A DNA stretch of 24,461 nucleotides from a virus (IMGVR_UViG_3300017645_000119:1-24461), one strand, 5' to 3'. Shown: positions 1 to 8,334, counted from the stretch's first letter. Translations and numbers: made by a program. Notes: generated by a model from the sequence alone, not told the origin.

Positions 1-571
1 CAGACTTCGCTTTGCATGGAAACACGCGCCACACATTTGATCGCCGTCCAAACTCAGCTATCGCCCGCTTGCCGTACCCTGTAGTTTTCCTAACGGAGCC
101 ATCCGCCTGTCGGATGGAGCCATGCTGCATTTCACCTGCGCGCTTATTAGGCTTGTCTTTAATTACGTTAGTAGAAGATGGCGCGCCCTTACTTAGAACA
201 AACATGAACTCGAACGTGTTCTCATATCTGCTCATTGCACCAACAGACGAGCAGTTTTGTTTATCCCAGATCATCGTGTCATGCAAGTTAAACCCGCACA
301 CATCCTTGAAATACAAAGCCTGCCGAAAGCTCGTTCCTGTCTCACTGCCCTTGATCGTCGCATCCCCGACAACCCATACCACCACGCCGCCTTGCTTGGT
401 CACGCGGTATAGCTCTTGCGCGATACCTTCAAAGTCGAACGTATACCCGTTGTACGTGCGTAGGTTGTCGTATGGCGGGCTTGTCACGGTCAAATCCACG
501 CTGCCGTCAGGCATGCCACGCATAACCTCCAGGCAATCGCCGTGATGCAGTTCGTACAAAGCGGGACTCAC
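1..571 (-). CDS. DNA methyltransferase, N4-cytosine/N6-adenine beta class (3' end outside window)
   Basis: Own translation of the minus strand from GTG at 571: VSPALYELHHGDCLEVMRGMPDGSVDLTVTSPPYDNLRTY...LYRVTKQGGVVVW; GDC and TSPPY catalytic motif; not in the ORF track because it is truncated; start could also be TTG at 559. Confidence 0.9.
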   Translation of the reverse strand, partial: MSPALYELHHGDCLEVMRGMPDGSVDLTVTSPPYDNLRTYNGYTFDFEGIAQELYRVTKQGGVVVWVVGDATIKGSETGTSFRQALYFKDVCGFNLHDTMIWDKQNCSSVGAMSRYENTFEFMFVLSKGAPSSTNVIKDKPNKRAGEMQHGSIRQADGSVRKTTGYGKRAIAEFGRRSNVWRVFPCKAKS

Positions 572-574
572 AAT

Positions 575-610
575 AAAAACGCCCGCCGAATCGTTAAGAC
601 TCAGGCGGGC
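575..610 (-). terminator. Intrinsic terminator-like hairpin
   Basis: Minus strand GCCCGCC-(loop)-GGCGGGC followed by GTTTTT. Confidence 0.65.
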
Positions 611-648
611 CGGGAAGGCTGCGGTTAGGCAGCAGGAGGAGACAAACG
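575..648 (-). ncRNA. Candidate small RNA with anti-SD motif (Betaproteobacteria toxic-sRNA-like architecture)
   Basis: Minus strand TTTGTCTCCTCC, then a GCTGC/GCAGC hairpin, then a terminator; lies between two terminators. Confidence 0.4.
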
Positions 649-682
649 AAAAAGCCCGCTCAATCGAATGACTGGCGGGCTT
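649..682 (-). terminator. tR'-like intrinsic terminator
   Basis: Minus strand AAGCCCGC-N15-GCGGGCTTTTT, about 35 nt downstream of the predicted late promoter. Confidence 0.7.
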
Positions 683-719
683 CGCAAATTTTAGGCGCAA
701 CTGTGCTGCCTTACCGACT

Positions 720-748
720 ATTTTACGCCGCCCGATCCGCCTTTACAA
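720..748 (-). promoter_or_regulatory. pR'-like late promoter
   Basis: Minus strand TTGTAA-N17-TAAAAT overlapping the end of the Q-like gene and followed by a terminator, the lambda pR'/tR' layout. Confidence 0.6.
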
Positions 749-1193
749 GCCCCTTGCGCCGAAGGATTGGGAATAGTCGCTCTTTCGCGTCAATGTATGC
801 CCTGTGCTGTTGCTCCACAGTGCCAAGCCTTGGGTTGCGGTGCACTGCCTGAACCTTGTTGCGTAGATGCACCTCAATGGCGGCCCTTTCCAGAACCTTC
901 AGATCGTTCAGGCAGGAGTCCACCATCTCCGCCGTGATGTTGTGCAGCCTCGCGTCAATATCGCCACCTGTGTCGTGCACCTCGCTGGAATCGACGTTGC
1001 GAAACATCGGAGATACCCGGCTGTGGCCCAGGAACTCACGCTGCGCCCTCGCCCATCCGTACCACTCATCGAGTAGACCCTCCACCTCAGCACTTTGGTC
1101 TTGCGTCATTACCGATTCCCTCCTTGCTCGCATCTGCTCCATCCGCTCATACACCCTTGCCGGATCTCCCATCATCCAGCGCTCCATTACCAC
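723..1193 (-). CDS. Putative Q-like late antitermination protein (start may be Met at 1109)
   Basis: Last gene of the early-right operon; LLDEWYGW N-terminal motif and VDSCLNDL...ERAAI helical C-terminus typical of proteobacterial phage antiterminators. Confidence 0.6.
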   Translation of the reverse strand: MVMERWMMGDPARVYERMEQMRARRESVMTQDQSAEVEGLLDEWYGWARAQREFLGHSRVSPMFRNVDSSEVHDTGGDIDARLHNITAEMVDSCLNDLKVLERAAIEVHLRNKVQAVHRNPRLGTVEQQHRAYIDAKERLFPILRRKGLVKADRAA

Positions 1194-1540
1194 ACCACCG
1201 GCCTAAACCCGCCCGGCTGCTTGTCGTTGCCAATGCCGTTTGGGGTAATCATCGGCGGCTGTGCGGCGTCGATATCCGCCATCCGCGTTGGGCGCCAGCT
1301 GAATTGGCCGAACGAGTTACGCCGGTAGGGCGGCGGCGTAGTGTTCGCTGGCTTCTCAACCTTCGGCTCGGCGGCAATGCCCAGCCAACGCTCGATGTGC
1401 CAGCGCTGTGTCCGGTGCCCATAGAAGCTTTTGATACCGATGGCTTCGTTGATCTGGGCCATGTTGGCGTTGGACTTTAATTTAATGCCCTGCTCTTTCA
1501 GTTTGGCGATGGCCAGGCGTTTGAGTTCGTTGTGGGTCAT
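1187..1540 (-). CDS. Hypothetical phage protein
   Basis: MTHNELKRLAIAK...; start overlaps the upstream stop (TGATG) with a GGAGG RBS. Confidence 0.7.
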   Translation of the reverse strand: MTHNELKRLAIAKLKEQGIKLKSNANMAQINEAIGIKSFYGHRTQRWHIERWLGIAAEPKVEKPANTTPPPYRRNSFGQFSWRPTRMADIDAAQPPMITPNGIGNDKQPGGFRPVVW

Positions 1541-1992
1541 CAGATCACCTCCGGGGAAAATGTCGCAGGCAGCTTTTCGCGCAACCACTGCATCGCAGCA
1601 TCCCAGTCCAGCGTGACCGTATACCTGCCGGCAACAGGCCAGTGAGCGGGATTAACGTGGTGGGCGTCAAGCATGATTTGTATCGGCCCTCGCGTCTGTC
1701 GGTACACAAGGACAGGTAGGCTCTGGCGCGCCGCGCCGTGATCAATGACGAGTGGCGGGATGCGTCGATATGCCTGATCCTGCGCCTGGCGCCACCATTC
1801 GGGCAGCCGTAGGGTATTGGCATGCTTGCATTCGATAACTATGTGCGACATCGCTGGATCATCTGACACCAGATCGCTGTCGCCCTGGTGGTTCCGAACC
1901 CGACGCCGCCATAGCGTGCCGGTAGACTCTGTCAGCTTGTTGGCAATGAATCGTTCGAAGCTTGCGCCTTTCGTGCGGGATAGCGCGCTCAA
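1540..1992 (-). CDS. Holliday junction resolvase, PD-(D/E)XK (Hjc-like)
   Basis: SRTKGASFER...DSDL...IVIECK...WWRQAQDQA...PVLVYRQ pattern; TTG start coupled to the upstream stop. Confidence 0.8.
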   Translation of the reverse strand: MSALSRTKGASFERFIANKLTESTGTLWRRRVRNHQGDSDLVSDDPAMSHIVIECKHANTLRLPEWWRQAQDQAYRRIPPLVIDHGAARQSLPVLVYRQTRGPIQIMLDAHHVNPAHWPVAGRYTVTLDWDAAMQWLREKLPATFSPEVI

Positions 1993-2180
1993 TTCTGCTT
2001 CTCCTTCCACTGTTTCATGATTTCCCGCTCCAATATCCTGCGGGCGGGTTCGCCACGTTTCTTCTCCACCATGTCCAGATACTGGCGGCGGGCCTCGCGT
2101 GTGGGGAATCCCAATACGTGCCTGGCTTCACACGCAAGACGGTGCTGGTCGGTGTAAAAGGCGTGTTCGGCGGGGGTCAT
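1989..2180 (-). CDS. Small conserved phage protein
   Basis: HRLACEARHVL...RRQYLDMVEKKRG; ATGA overlap with the DnaC-like stop. Confidence 0.75.
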   Translation of the reverse strand: MTPAEHAFYTDQHRLACEARHVLGFPTREARRQYLDMVEKKRGEPARRILEREIMKQWKEKQN

Positions 2181-2929
2181 GCGGCCTGCCTGCGGTACGA
2201 TGGCCAATCGAAAACAACCATCTTCCCGCCACCTTCGCGCATGCGGTCGATAACGCGCTCGCCCAAGTAGTCGCCCAGCCTGTCCATGGCAAGATTGCTG
2301 ATCAAGATCGTTGACCTGCGGTTCTCGTATCGCCCGTTGATGATTTCGAACAGGATCAGCTTTTCGGTATCGCTGCCAAACTGCACGCCCACCTCATCCA
2401 AAATCAGCAAATCCGGCTTGATGAGATTCTCGATAGCCTCTGTTTCGCTCACATCACTGCCGCGCCGGTATGTGTCCTTCACCGTCCTGATGGCGCCCAT
2501 TACAGACATGAAGATCGCCATGCGCTGACGCTCGATCAGCTCTCGGGCGATGCCGACAGCCAAGTGAGTTTTCCCGGAGCCTACGCCGCCGCAGAAAATG
2601 AGGCTCGTCCCTGCGGACTCATCGAACGTGGCCGCGTAGTTTCTGGCCACTTCCAGCGCCTTTTGCTGTCCTGGCAACTTCGCCTCGAACGTAGACAAGC
2701 TGCGATCCGCAAAGCGAGGCGGAATTGCTGCGCGGTCGAAAAGGTACTGAATGCGCCGTTGTACACGCTCGGCCTCATCCTTCTTGCGCTGCTCGGCATG
2801 CTCGGCTTCCAGCTTTTCCTGCCAGCAGTCTGGGCAAGGAGCCACGCCCCACTTGTACTCACGGGCCTCGTATTCGCCATGCTTTTCGCACACCTTGGTC
2901 ATGGTCGATAACACGTTAGAAACTCCCAT
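2177..2929 (-). CDS. DnaC/IstB-like AAA+ ATPase (helicase loader)
   Basis: CEKHG...CPDC Zn motif, IPPRF, Walker A GGVGSGKT, Walker B LLILDEVG, INGRYE, DRMRE, SYR; start chosen at Met 2929. Confidence 0.93.
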   Translation of the reverse strand: MGVSNVLSTMTKVCEKHGEYEAREYKWGVAPCPDCWQEKLEAEHAEQRKKDEAERVQRRIQYLFDRAAIPPRFADRSLSTFEAKLPGQQKALEVARNYAATFDESAGTSLIFCGGVGSGKTHLAVGIARELIERQRMAIFMSVMGAIRTVKDTYRRGSDVSETEAIENLIKPDLLILDEVGVQFGSDTEKLILFEIINGRYENRRSTILISNLAMDRLGDYLGERVIDRMREGGGKMVVFDWPSYRRQAA

Positions 2930-3650
2930 CCGCTGCCACCCCTGCTCGGTAGTCCTGTTTTGCAAAGTTCCCATGCTGCGTTGCTCCTGTCGCTCTATCG
3001 TTTTCCACCCACTTCGCCTCAAATCCCTGCCAGCCACGCTCGACGCATTTGCGTAGCGCTGCATCCAGCGTCATACCGGCCCGGCCAGCCTCCCGGCGTA
3101 TGCCTTCAAGGGCCAGCGGTGTCAGCGGGCTGCGTTTTCGTTTTCGGATTGCAAGGAACTCGGTTGCCAACTGCTCGTCAATGCCTTCGGTTTTCAGATC
3201 GGCAGCAGACAGCGACGCGGAACGCGTTGCGGGTTTATTGTTTTTCTTCTGTTCTGTATCTGTTCTGTTCTGTATCTGTTCTGGGGCGTTACTGGAACGT
3301 TTCGGTAACGTTTCCTCTGTTTCTTGTGCCTGTCTCTTTGCCTCTCGATGCTTGCGAACCCGCGCCGTGCTTGAGTCTGAGACGTATTGGCGCTTATCCC
3401 AATTGGCTAGCGTCCAGTCTTCATTGATGAAGCCGCGCAGCAAAAACAACGCTTTTGTTTCTGCCACATCGGCTTCGGAAATGCGCAACGCAAACGCTAT
3501 TGCCGTTTCCCTTTCTGTTTCACGAAACGTTTCAATACCGTTACTACATTGAAGGCACAGCAACATTATGAGCCGGCGCTGCATGACCTCGGGCATCATC
3601 TGCACCTTAGGGTCGGTAGCGAACTCCGCATAGAGCCTGAACCATTCCAT
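2916..3650 (-). CDS. Phage replication initiator (O-like / replisome organiser)
   Basis: MEWFRLYAEFATDPK N-terminus, NWDKRQYVSDSSTARVRKHR, C-terminal RGWQGF; directly upstream of the DnaC-like gene; contains internal repeats. Confidence 0.85.
   Translation of the reverse strand: MEWFRLYAEFATDPKVQMMPEVMQRRLIMLLCLQCSNGIETFRETERETAIAFALRISEADVAETKALFLLRGFINEDWTLANWDKRQYVSDSSTARVRKHREAKRQAQETEETLPKRSSNAPEQIQNRTDTEQKKNNKPATRSASLSAADLKTEGIDEQLATEFLAIRKRKRSPLTPLALEGIRREAGRAGMTLDAALRKCVERGWQGFEAKWVENDRATGATQHGNFAKQDYRAGVAADGSF
3249..3314. repeat. Tandem and short repeats inside the initiator gene (probable phage origin region)
   Basis: CTGTTCTGTATCTGTT x2 plus CTG (3249-3283); AACGTTTC at 3296, 3307 and again at 3526. 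Confidence 0.5.
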
Positions 3651-4507
3651 CAGGCCACCTCGCCATTAAGAGCAACATAGAACGCAAGGCCGGCACGAGC
3701 GGTTTTCGTCAGATGAACAGTCTTGGCCCAGCGAAGCGCCGCCTCTGTGCCGCCAAGTTTCTCCGCAAGTCTCGCGGTGCACTCCAGCCACGAAACAAGG
3801 GCATCGCCTTCGCCATTTGTGGGTTTCGGCGCGCTATCCCTGGCGCTCACCTTCTCGCCAGCCTTCGCTCGCTCGATCAGTTCCTTGCGCTCCGGCTCCG
3901 GCTTTTTCGCCAGTGCGTCAAGCTCTACACCCTTATCCAAGCTGGTGCCGACAACTTCGTTAATGTCGTCGCCAAGGGCTTCGGCGCGCGCGACGTGGCG
4001 GTTTACTGAGGCTTTCGACTCGCCGCTTACTTCTGCGGTTTCGGATGCGAAGCCTTTTTCTTGAGGGCGGCCATGTTTCTTGACTTCAACAGGCGGCTCA
4101 AGTTGCGCCACCTGTTCCGCAGGATGCAGCGCCTCCCAAATTTCCTTGCGCCGTTTGATGTGGCTGGCACGTTGCGCCGGGGTCAATTCGGAACGGCACA
4201 GGTTTTCATCAATCTCGATTAGCTCGATATTCTTGATGTCCGTATCAGCGCTTAGAACGTGCGCCGGAATCTCGCGCCAGTTAAGTTCGACGGCTGCGCA
4301 GTATCGGTGCCGGCCTGCAATCACTTCATAGCCATCCACCAGGCTTGCGCCGCGAACGACGCGAGCCTTAATCACAGTGATGGGCTGCAGCAAGCCCATT
4401 TCACGCATGCTTGCCATCAATTGCTTGACGTTATCTTTGGATATGTCACGCCCGCCTGATCGCGGGCGCACCACGGACATATCGATCGTTTCGTGTGCGC
4501 CCATCAT
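3650..4507 (-). CDS. ParB N-terminal (ParB/Srx) domain protein with HTH
   Basis: LMASMREMGLLQPITV...YEVIAGRHRY...EIDENLCRSELT. Confidence 0.88.
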   Translation of the reverse strand: MMGAHETIDMSVVRPRSGGRDISKDNVKQLMASMREMGLLQPITVIKARVVRGASLVDGYEVIAGRHRYCAAVELNWREIPAHVLSADTDIKNIELIEIDENLCRSELTPAQRASHIKRRKEIWEALHPAEQVAQLEPPVEVKKHGRPQEKGFASETAEVSGESKASVNRHVARAEALGDDINEVVGTSLDKGVELDALAKKPEPERKELIERAKAGEKVSARDSAPKPTNGEGDALVSWLECTARLAEKLGGTEAALRWAKTVHLTKTARAGLAFYVALNGEVA

Positions 4508-4509
4508 GA

Positions 4510-5484
4510 TTACGCTTCTCCGTTGATTGGTGTGCCATGCAGCCGCACGGGGCGATCTTCATAGACCTTGATGATCTTCAATTGGCGGCCATCAAAAAAC
4601 GCATTCCATGCCGCAGCGGGCGCGAAAGTACGTTGCAAAATCGTGCCTGTGTTCAGATTGCGTGCCAGAAGATCGGATATGTAGGTGTGGCGAGGGTCGC
4701 CCCGGCGAAGTCCGTCGTTATCGGCCACGCCCTTCCAGAACTGGCGCGCCTTCTCGGGCTGATAACGAAGCGTGAAAAATGCGACTGCGATAACCCCGCC
4801 AGCCAGCAGGCGTTTTCTAAGCTGCGGCTCGGCCTTCGAGATCAGAGACAAATACTCGTGCGCCTCTTTCGCCCATTCCGCGATAACCGAAATCTTGAAA
4901 TTGGGGTCAGATGCCTTGAGCGGGTCAGTGTGATAGTTGGGCTGAGACAGGTTGTTCGAAAGGAGTCCCGCAGCGTCATAAATCTTCTTGATGAACGGTT
5001 TTGGTAAACCGGTCTGCTCGGATACTGTCGATGCGTTGATAATGTCGGAGACAGAGCGTTTGCGTGCCGCCACGTCATAGCTGTAGTAAATCTCCCCGAC
5101 TTCCGCCAATGTCCTGGCTTGATGGATCTTGACCTGAAACGATTGCGGCATGTCAGATTCGATGACGGACTCCATACGATGGTGGCCGTTCACGAAATGC
5201 AGCTTACCTTTGCATTCCGCAAAGGCTATCTGTCCGCCCCCTACCCACTCGCCGCGGCGCATGATCGACGCCAAGAGCGTTACGTGCCAGGGCGAGATTG
5301 CGCGCTGGCCCTCCCAACTGGATTCGTCGATGATCCTGCGCGCTAAATGCGGCGTGATCTTGATCGTTGCGTCATTGGCACGCGCAAGCATCGAAGTGAT
5401 GGTGTATTCAAGATCGGTCTTTTCAGCACGGTTGAACTTTGATAGAATATCCATAAGATTTAGCACCTTGTTAAACATGCCCAC
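4510..5484 (-). CDS. ParB/DGQHR-like domain protein
   Basis: QRAISPWHV...M.RGEW...FVNGHHR motif equivalent to DGQHR; C-terminal AWNAF; start uncertain. Confidence 0.65.
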   Translation of the reverse strand: MGMFNKVLNLMDILSKFNRAEKTDLEYTITSMLARANDATIKITPHLARRIIDESSWEGQRAISPWHVTLLASIMRRGEWVGGGQIAFAECKGKLHFVNGHHRMESVIESDMPQSFQVKIHQARTLAEVGEIYYSYDVAARKRSVSDIINASTVSEQTGLPKPFIKKIYDAAGLLSNNLSQPNYHTDPLKASDPNFKISVIAEWAKEAHEYLSLISKAEPQLRKRLLAGGVIAVAFFTLRYQPEKARQFWKGVADNDGLRRGDPRHTYISDLLARNLNTGTILQRTFAPAAAWNAFFDGRQLKIIKVYEDRPVRLHGTPINGEA

Positions 5485-5842
5485 GCGCCAACGTGGGCTT
5501 TTTGTTGCCTGCCGTTATCGCCGCAGACTTCGCGTACAACTTCTGTTCGCGCACCGGCTCCCACCGTGCGTATGCCGCCCGCCACATAGAAAACTTGGCG
5601 GCGCGGGTAAATAAGCGCCCCTGGTCGTATTGAGCGTGACAAGCAAAGCAAGCCGGGACCGAATACCGGTCGTCAGCCTTGCGCCCCATCGCCTTGCCGT
5701 GGGCCTGCTCGTTCGAGTGCGCGGGGACTGTTGTCTCGGTGCCGCCGATGCAGATGCCAGGGATGCGCAGATAACAAGGTTCGCCCTTACAGGCTTGGAG
5801 CATCTTCTTGTCGCGATGGGCGGAGGACTTGGGGAACATCAT
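5471..5842 (-). CDS. DUF1364/YbcO-like Zn-binding nuclease-fold protein
   Basis: C.LRIPGIC...TTVPAHSN...HGKAMGRKADD...AC..CH. Confidence 0.85.
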   Translation of the reverse strand: MMFPKSSAHRDKKMLQACKGEPCYLRIPGICIGGTETTVPAHSNEQAHGKAMGRKADDRYSVPACFACHAQYDQGRLFTRAAKFSMWRAAYARWEPVREQKLYAKSAAITAGNKKPTLARGHV

Positions 5843-6282
5843 GCCGCCACCTCCTGCTCAGGAAACGCCAGGATCACGCCCTTGTCGTAAAAATCACGCT
5901 GGACCGCCTCGGCGTACTTGCTCAATTGCTCCTTGCTCATGAGGCTTGTTACGGGCCAGTGGCGCATGGCGATCAGTTTCTTTTCATAGGCCAAGGGTTT
6001 GATCACAGTGTCATACGCCTCGCGGAATTCGCCGTCCTCAGCCCGCAGGATCGGGACACCGTGATGCAGCTTGCAATAGCACTTCCAGCCCAGTGCATCG
6101 TCCTCGCGCAGTTCGCGGGCAAGCTGCTCATACCAGGCGTGGGTGATGTTGTTCTGCTGCAGGCTCCTGGCCTTGCCAGTCTTGACAGACAGGCGAAGGA
6201 AACGATGGCGCTGGTACATTTCGCGCAGTTGCCCGAAGACACTTTGCAGTGACTGGTCGCTGTTGATGATGGCGGTTGTCAT
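5839..6282 (-). CDS. NinB/YbcN-like recombination protein
   Basis: KARSLQQN..HAWY..LA and TSLMSKEQLSKY motifs. Confidence 0.7.
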   Translation of the reverse strand: MTTAIINSDQSLQSVFGQLREMYQRHRFLRLSVKTGKARSLQQNNITHAWYEQLARELREDDALGWKCYCKLHHGVPILRAEDGEFREAYDTVIKPLAYEKKLIAMRHWPVTSLMSKEQLSKYAEAVQRDFYDKGVILAFPEQEVAA

Positions 6283-6674
6283 GCCGCCCTCCGCCCTTTC
6301 AGACTTTGGATTTCGCGCTCAAGCCGGACAATCTTCTCGGCTGGTGATTCTGTGATCTCTGCCATCATCCGCTCGCGAGATTCACAGTACTGGCGGATCG
6401 ACCAGTTCGAACACAGGTATTGCAAGATGACCTCCTGATCGCTGGTCAGGTAGCCCTGGCCGTTCTTGACCTTAGTCAGATGCGGCGGCTTGAACCCGAG
6501 GCAAGCAGCAATTTCGGATTCAGAGATTCGACGCAACCTCTTGTCCAGGCACAGCCTCACAGCCGCGCCATAGTCGTTGCAGGACTGAATGAGCACATCA
6601 TCCAGAAACATTGGCTTCGGCACTTCTGACAGCAGGGGCAGGCTGTATTGCAGCAGGTCATTAATATTTTTCAT
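6279..6674 (-). CDS. CII-like HTH regulator
   Basis: Directly after cro; HTH-like SESEIAACLGFKPPHLTKVKNG. Confidence 0.6.
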   Translation of the reverse strand: MKNINDLLQYSLPLLSEVPKPMFLDDVLIQSCNDYGAAVRLCLDKRLRRISESEIAACLGFKPPHLTKVKNGQGYLTSDQEVILQYLCSNWSIRQYCESRERMMAEITESPAEKIVRLEREIQSLKGRRAA

Positions 6675-6679
6675 GGGAA

Positions 6680-6726
6680 TTAACCGTTGTTAGCCATTGC
6701 ATTAACCATTGAGCGACGGATAAATT
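6680..6726 (+). promoter_or_regulatory. PRE-like region: three imperfect 10-bp direct repeats and a possible promoter towards cI
   Basis: TTAACCGTTG (6680), TTAGCCATTG (6690), TTAACCATTG (6702); TTGCAT-N18-TAAATT; same position as lambda PRE. Confidence 0.45.
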
Positions 6727-6752
6727 TTTTTGCCATGAACACAACGCAAAAA

Positions 6753-6971
6753 TTACGCATGCTCAGCCTCTTTGGTGGGGCGGTACACGTCATCAAAGGT
6801 CAAAGAGACCCCAAGCGTGCTTGCGAACTCGATCAGCCGGGCCGCCACATCAGGAGGCACTGTTTGCCCCTTTTCGTAATGGGACACGTTTCCTTGAGTG
6901 ACGCCGATACCGCGCGCCAGCGCGGCTTGGCTGAGTCCTAACCTGGAGCGGATTTGATATATGGGCTTCAT
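6753..6971 (-). CDS. cro: Cro-like XRE HTH repressor (probably leaderless)
   Basis: IRSRLGLSQAALARGIGVTQGNVSHYEKG; divergent from cI. Confidence 0.88.
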   Translation of the reverse strand: MKPIYQIRSRLGLSQAALARGIGVTQGNVSHYEKGQTVPPDVAARLIEFASTLGVSLTFDDVYRPTKEAEHA

Positions 6972-6978
6972 AAATACA

Positions 6979-7046
6979 AATAGTGCCACTAGTTACGACG
7001 GCAGTCAATAGTGGCACTCGTTGCAGATATTACTAGCGCAGCTAAT
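6979..7046. promoter_or_regulatory. OR operators and PR promoter
   Basis: AATAGTGCCACTAGTT (6979-6994), AATAGTGGCACTCGTT (7007-7022), weaker site 7031-7046; minus-strand TTGACT-N17-CACTAT. Confidence 0.75.
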
Positions 7047-7541
7047 ATGTTTCCTATGCCACGCACAGAGCCGAGAAAAGCGAAGATCGAGCCGATTCAC
7101 AAAGAGGAAGCGGCGGCCCTTAAGCGCCTGTACGATGCAAAAACCGATGGGCTGTCTCAAGCGGCATTTGCGGCTGAATATGGACTCGGATCGCAGGGGA
7201 ACCTTTGGCAATACCTTAATGCCAGAAGCCCATTGAACGCCTCCGCAGCGTCTAAATTTGCTGCGGCTCTTGGGGTAAAAGTTAGGGATTTCAGCCCTCG
7301 CCTTGCTGATGAGATTGATGCGCTGGCTGGCGCTGAGCAGGATATGAGGGCTACGCCGAGCTATCGACCATGGCCGTTCAAGCGGCTAAGTCAAGACAAG
7401 ATATGCGCCCTGGACCACAAGAACTTCCTGCTTTTAGAGGCGGCTTTCATGGACGCCGCCCTGGGCGTAGGCTTGGATGTGCTGGCCCCGATGACGCCTA
7501 AACGAGCATCCTCCCCTCCGGCGAAGAAGAACACGGCTTGA
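7047..7541 (+). CDS. cI: CI-like repressor; lambda-type N-terminal HTH, no recognisable S24 peptidase domain
   Basis: LKRLYDAK..GLSQAAFAAEYGLGSQGNLWQYLN...PLN...KFAAALGVKVRDFSPRLADEI; short C-terminal WPF domain; start 7047 or 7056. Confidence 0.85.
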   Translation: MFPMPRTEPRKAKIEPIHKEEAAALKRLYDAKTDGLSQAAFAAEYGLGSQGNLWQYLNARSPLNASAASKFAAALGVKVRDFSPRLADEIDALAGAEQDMRATPSYRPWPFKRLSQDKICALDHKNFLLLEAAFMDAALGVGLDVLAPMTPKRASSPPAKKNTA

Positions 7542-7582
7542 TTTATTGGTGAAGAGGGATTTTTTACCCGCGAGGTAACGAA

Positions 7583-8161
7583 ATGAGAAAAACAATACTA
7601 AGTTTGATTGCGACGGTGTTGCCATGGATTTGGCAATCCGCGCCCGCCCAATCTATGGTCGCAGCGTTCATGGGCGCCCAAACACAAATGCACGTAGGGA
7701 AAGACGGAAAGGTTGAGGCTTGCGGCATGAGAGTCACAGGCTTTGATGACGCCGCAGAAGTGAGAACCGTCTTTGACACTTCCCTGACTCTCAGGGCGGC
7801 GGGCTTTGGCCTTGGCAAGCTGACTGGGTCAACAGGCCCGACGAGCGGCGATCTGAGTAAGTTCAAGTCGAAGCAAGTGTATGGGGGCTGGTTTCGAAAA
7901 CAAGGAGGGGTGCCCACTACGCCCCTCAAACCCTACTTTCCCGGTGAGGACCCGAAAACGAGGCTATTCATAGCTGATGCCACCCCGACCATGGAGGTGC
8001 TGGAGGCAATTGTCTTAAAACAGCCCATTCATATAGCAATTTCCTGGCGCGAAGGGAGTAGCACAATCTATTACGGCACTCCCGAGTTGGAAAATTCTCA
8101 GCGAGATCAGTTTTGGGCGTGTTTTGAGGACTTGATAAAGGTCATCAAGGCATCGCATTAG
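7583..8161 (+). CDS. Hypothetical exported protein (lysogenic conversion position)
   Basis: MRKTILSLIATVLPW...APA signal-peptide-like N-terminus; GAGG RBS; two Cys; directly downstream of cI. Confidence 0.75.
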   Translation: MRKTILSLIATVLPWIWQSAPAQSMVAAFMGAQTQMHVGKDGKVEACGMRVTGFDDAAEVRTVFDTSLTLRAAGFGLGKLTGSTGPTSGDLSKFKSKQVYGGWFRKQGGVPTTPLKPYFPGEDPKTRLFIADATPTMEVLEAIVLKQPIHIAISWREGSSTIYYGTPELENSQRDQFWACFEDLIKVIKASH

Positions 8162-8246
8162 CCCTCTTGGGGGGGGGTTGGGTTTGGGCTGGTGACTGGC
8201 TGGATGCGAGTGAGCCGATCTAGGGTTTCCACCTATTAAATGACTA

Positions 8247-8275
8247 TTGACACCGCTACAATGTAGCGGTAAACT
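8247..8275 (+). promoter_or_regulatory. acr-aca promoter with palindromic operator
   Basis: TTGACA (8247)-N17-TAAACT (8270); perfect inverted repeat ACCGCTACA-A-TGTAGCGGT (8252-8270) fills the spacer. Confidence 0.85.
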
Positions 8276-8334
8276 GTAGTTATGGTGATCAACACCAAAC
8301 CGCGCCTCGGGATTCAGGGGCCAGGAGATGAAAA

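Noticed and set aside
12-545. 177-aa plus-strand ORF
   Set aside because: Antisense shadow of the methyltransferase
8169-8188. G9-TT-GGG-TTT-GGG possible G-quadruplex or slippage tract upstream of the acr promoter
   Set aside because: Single occurrence outside the promoter core with no supporting context
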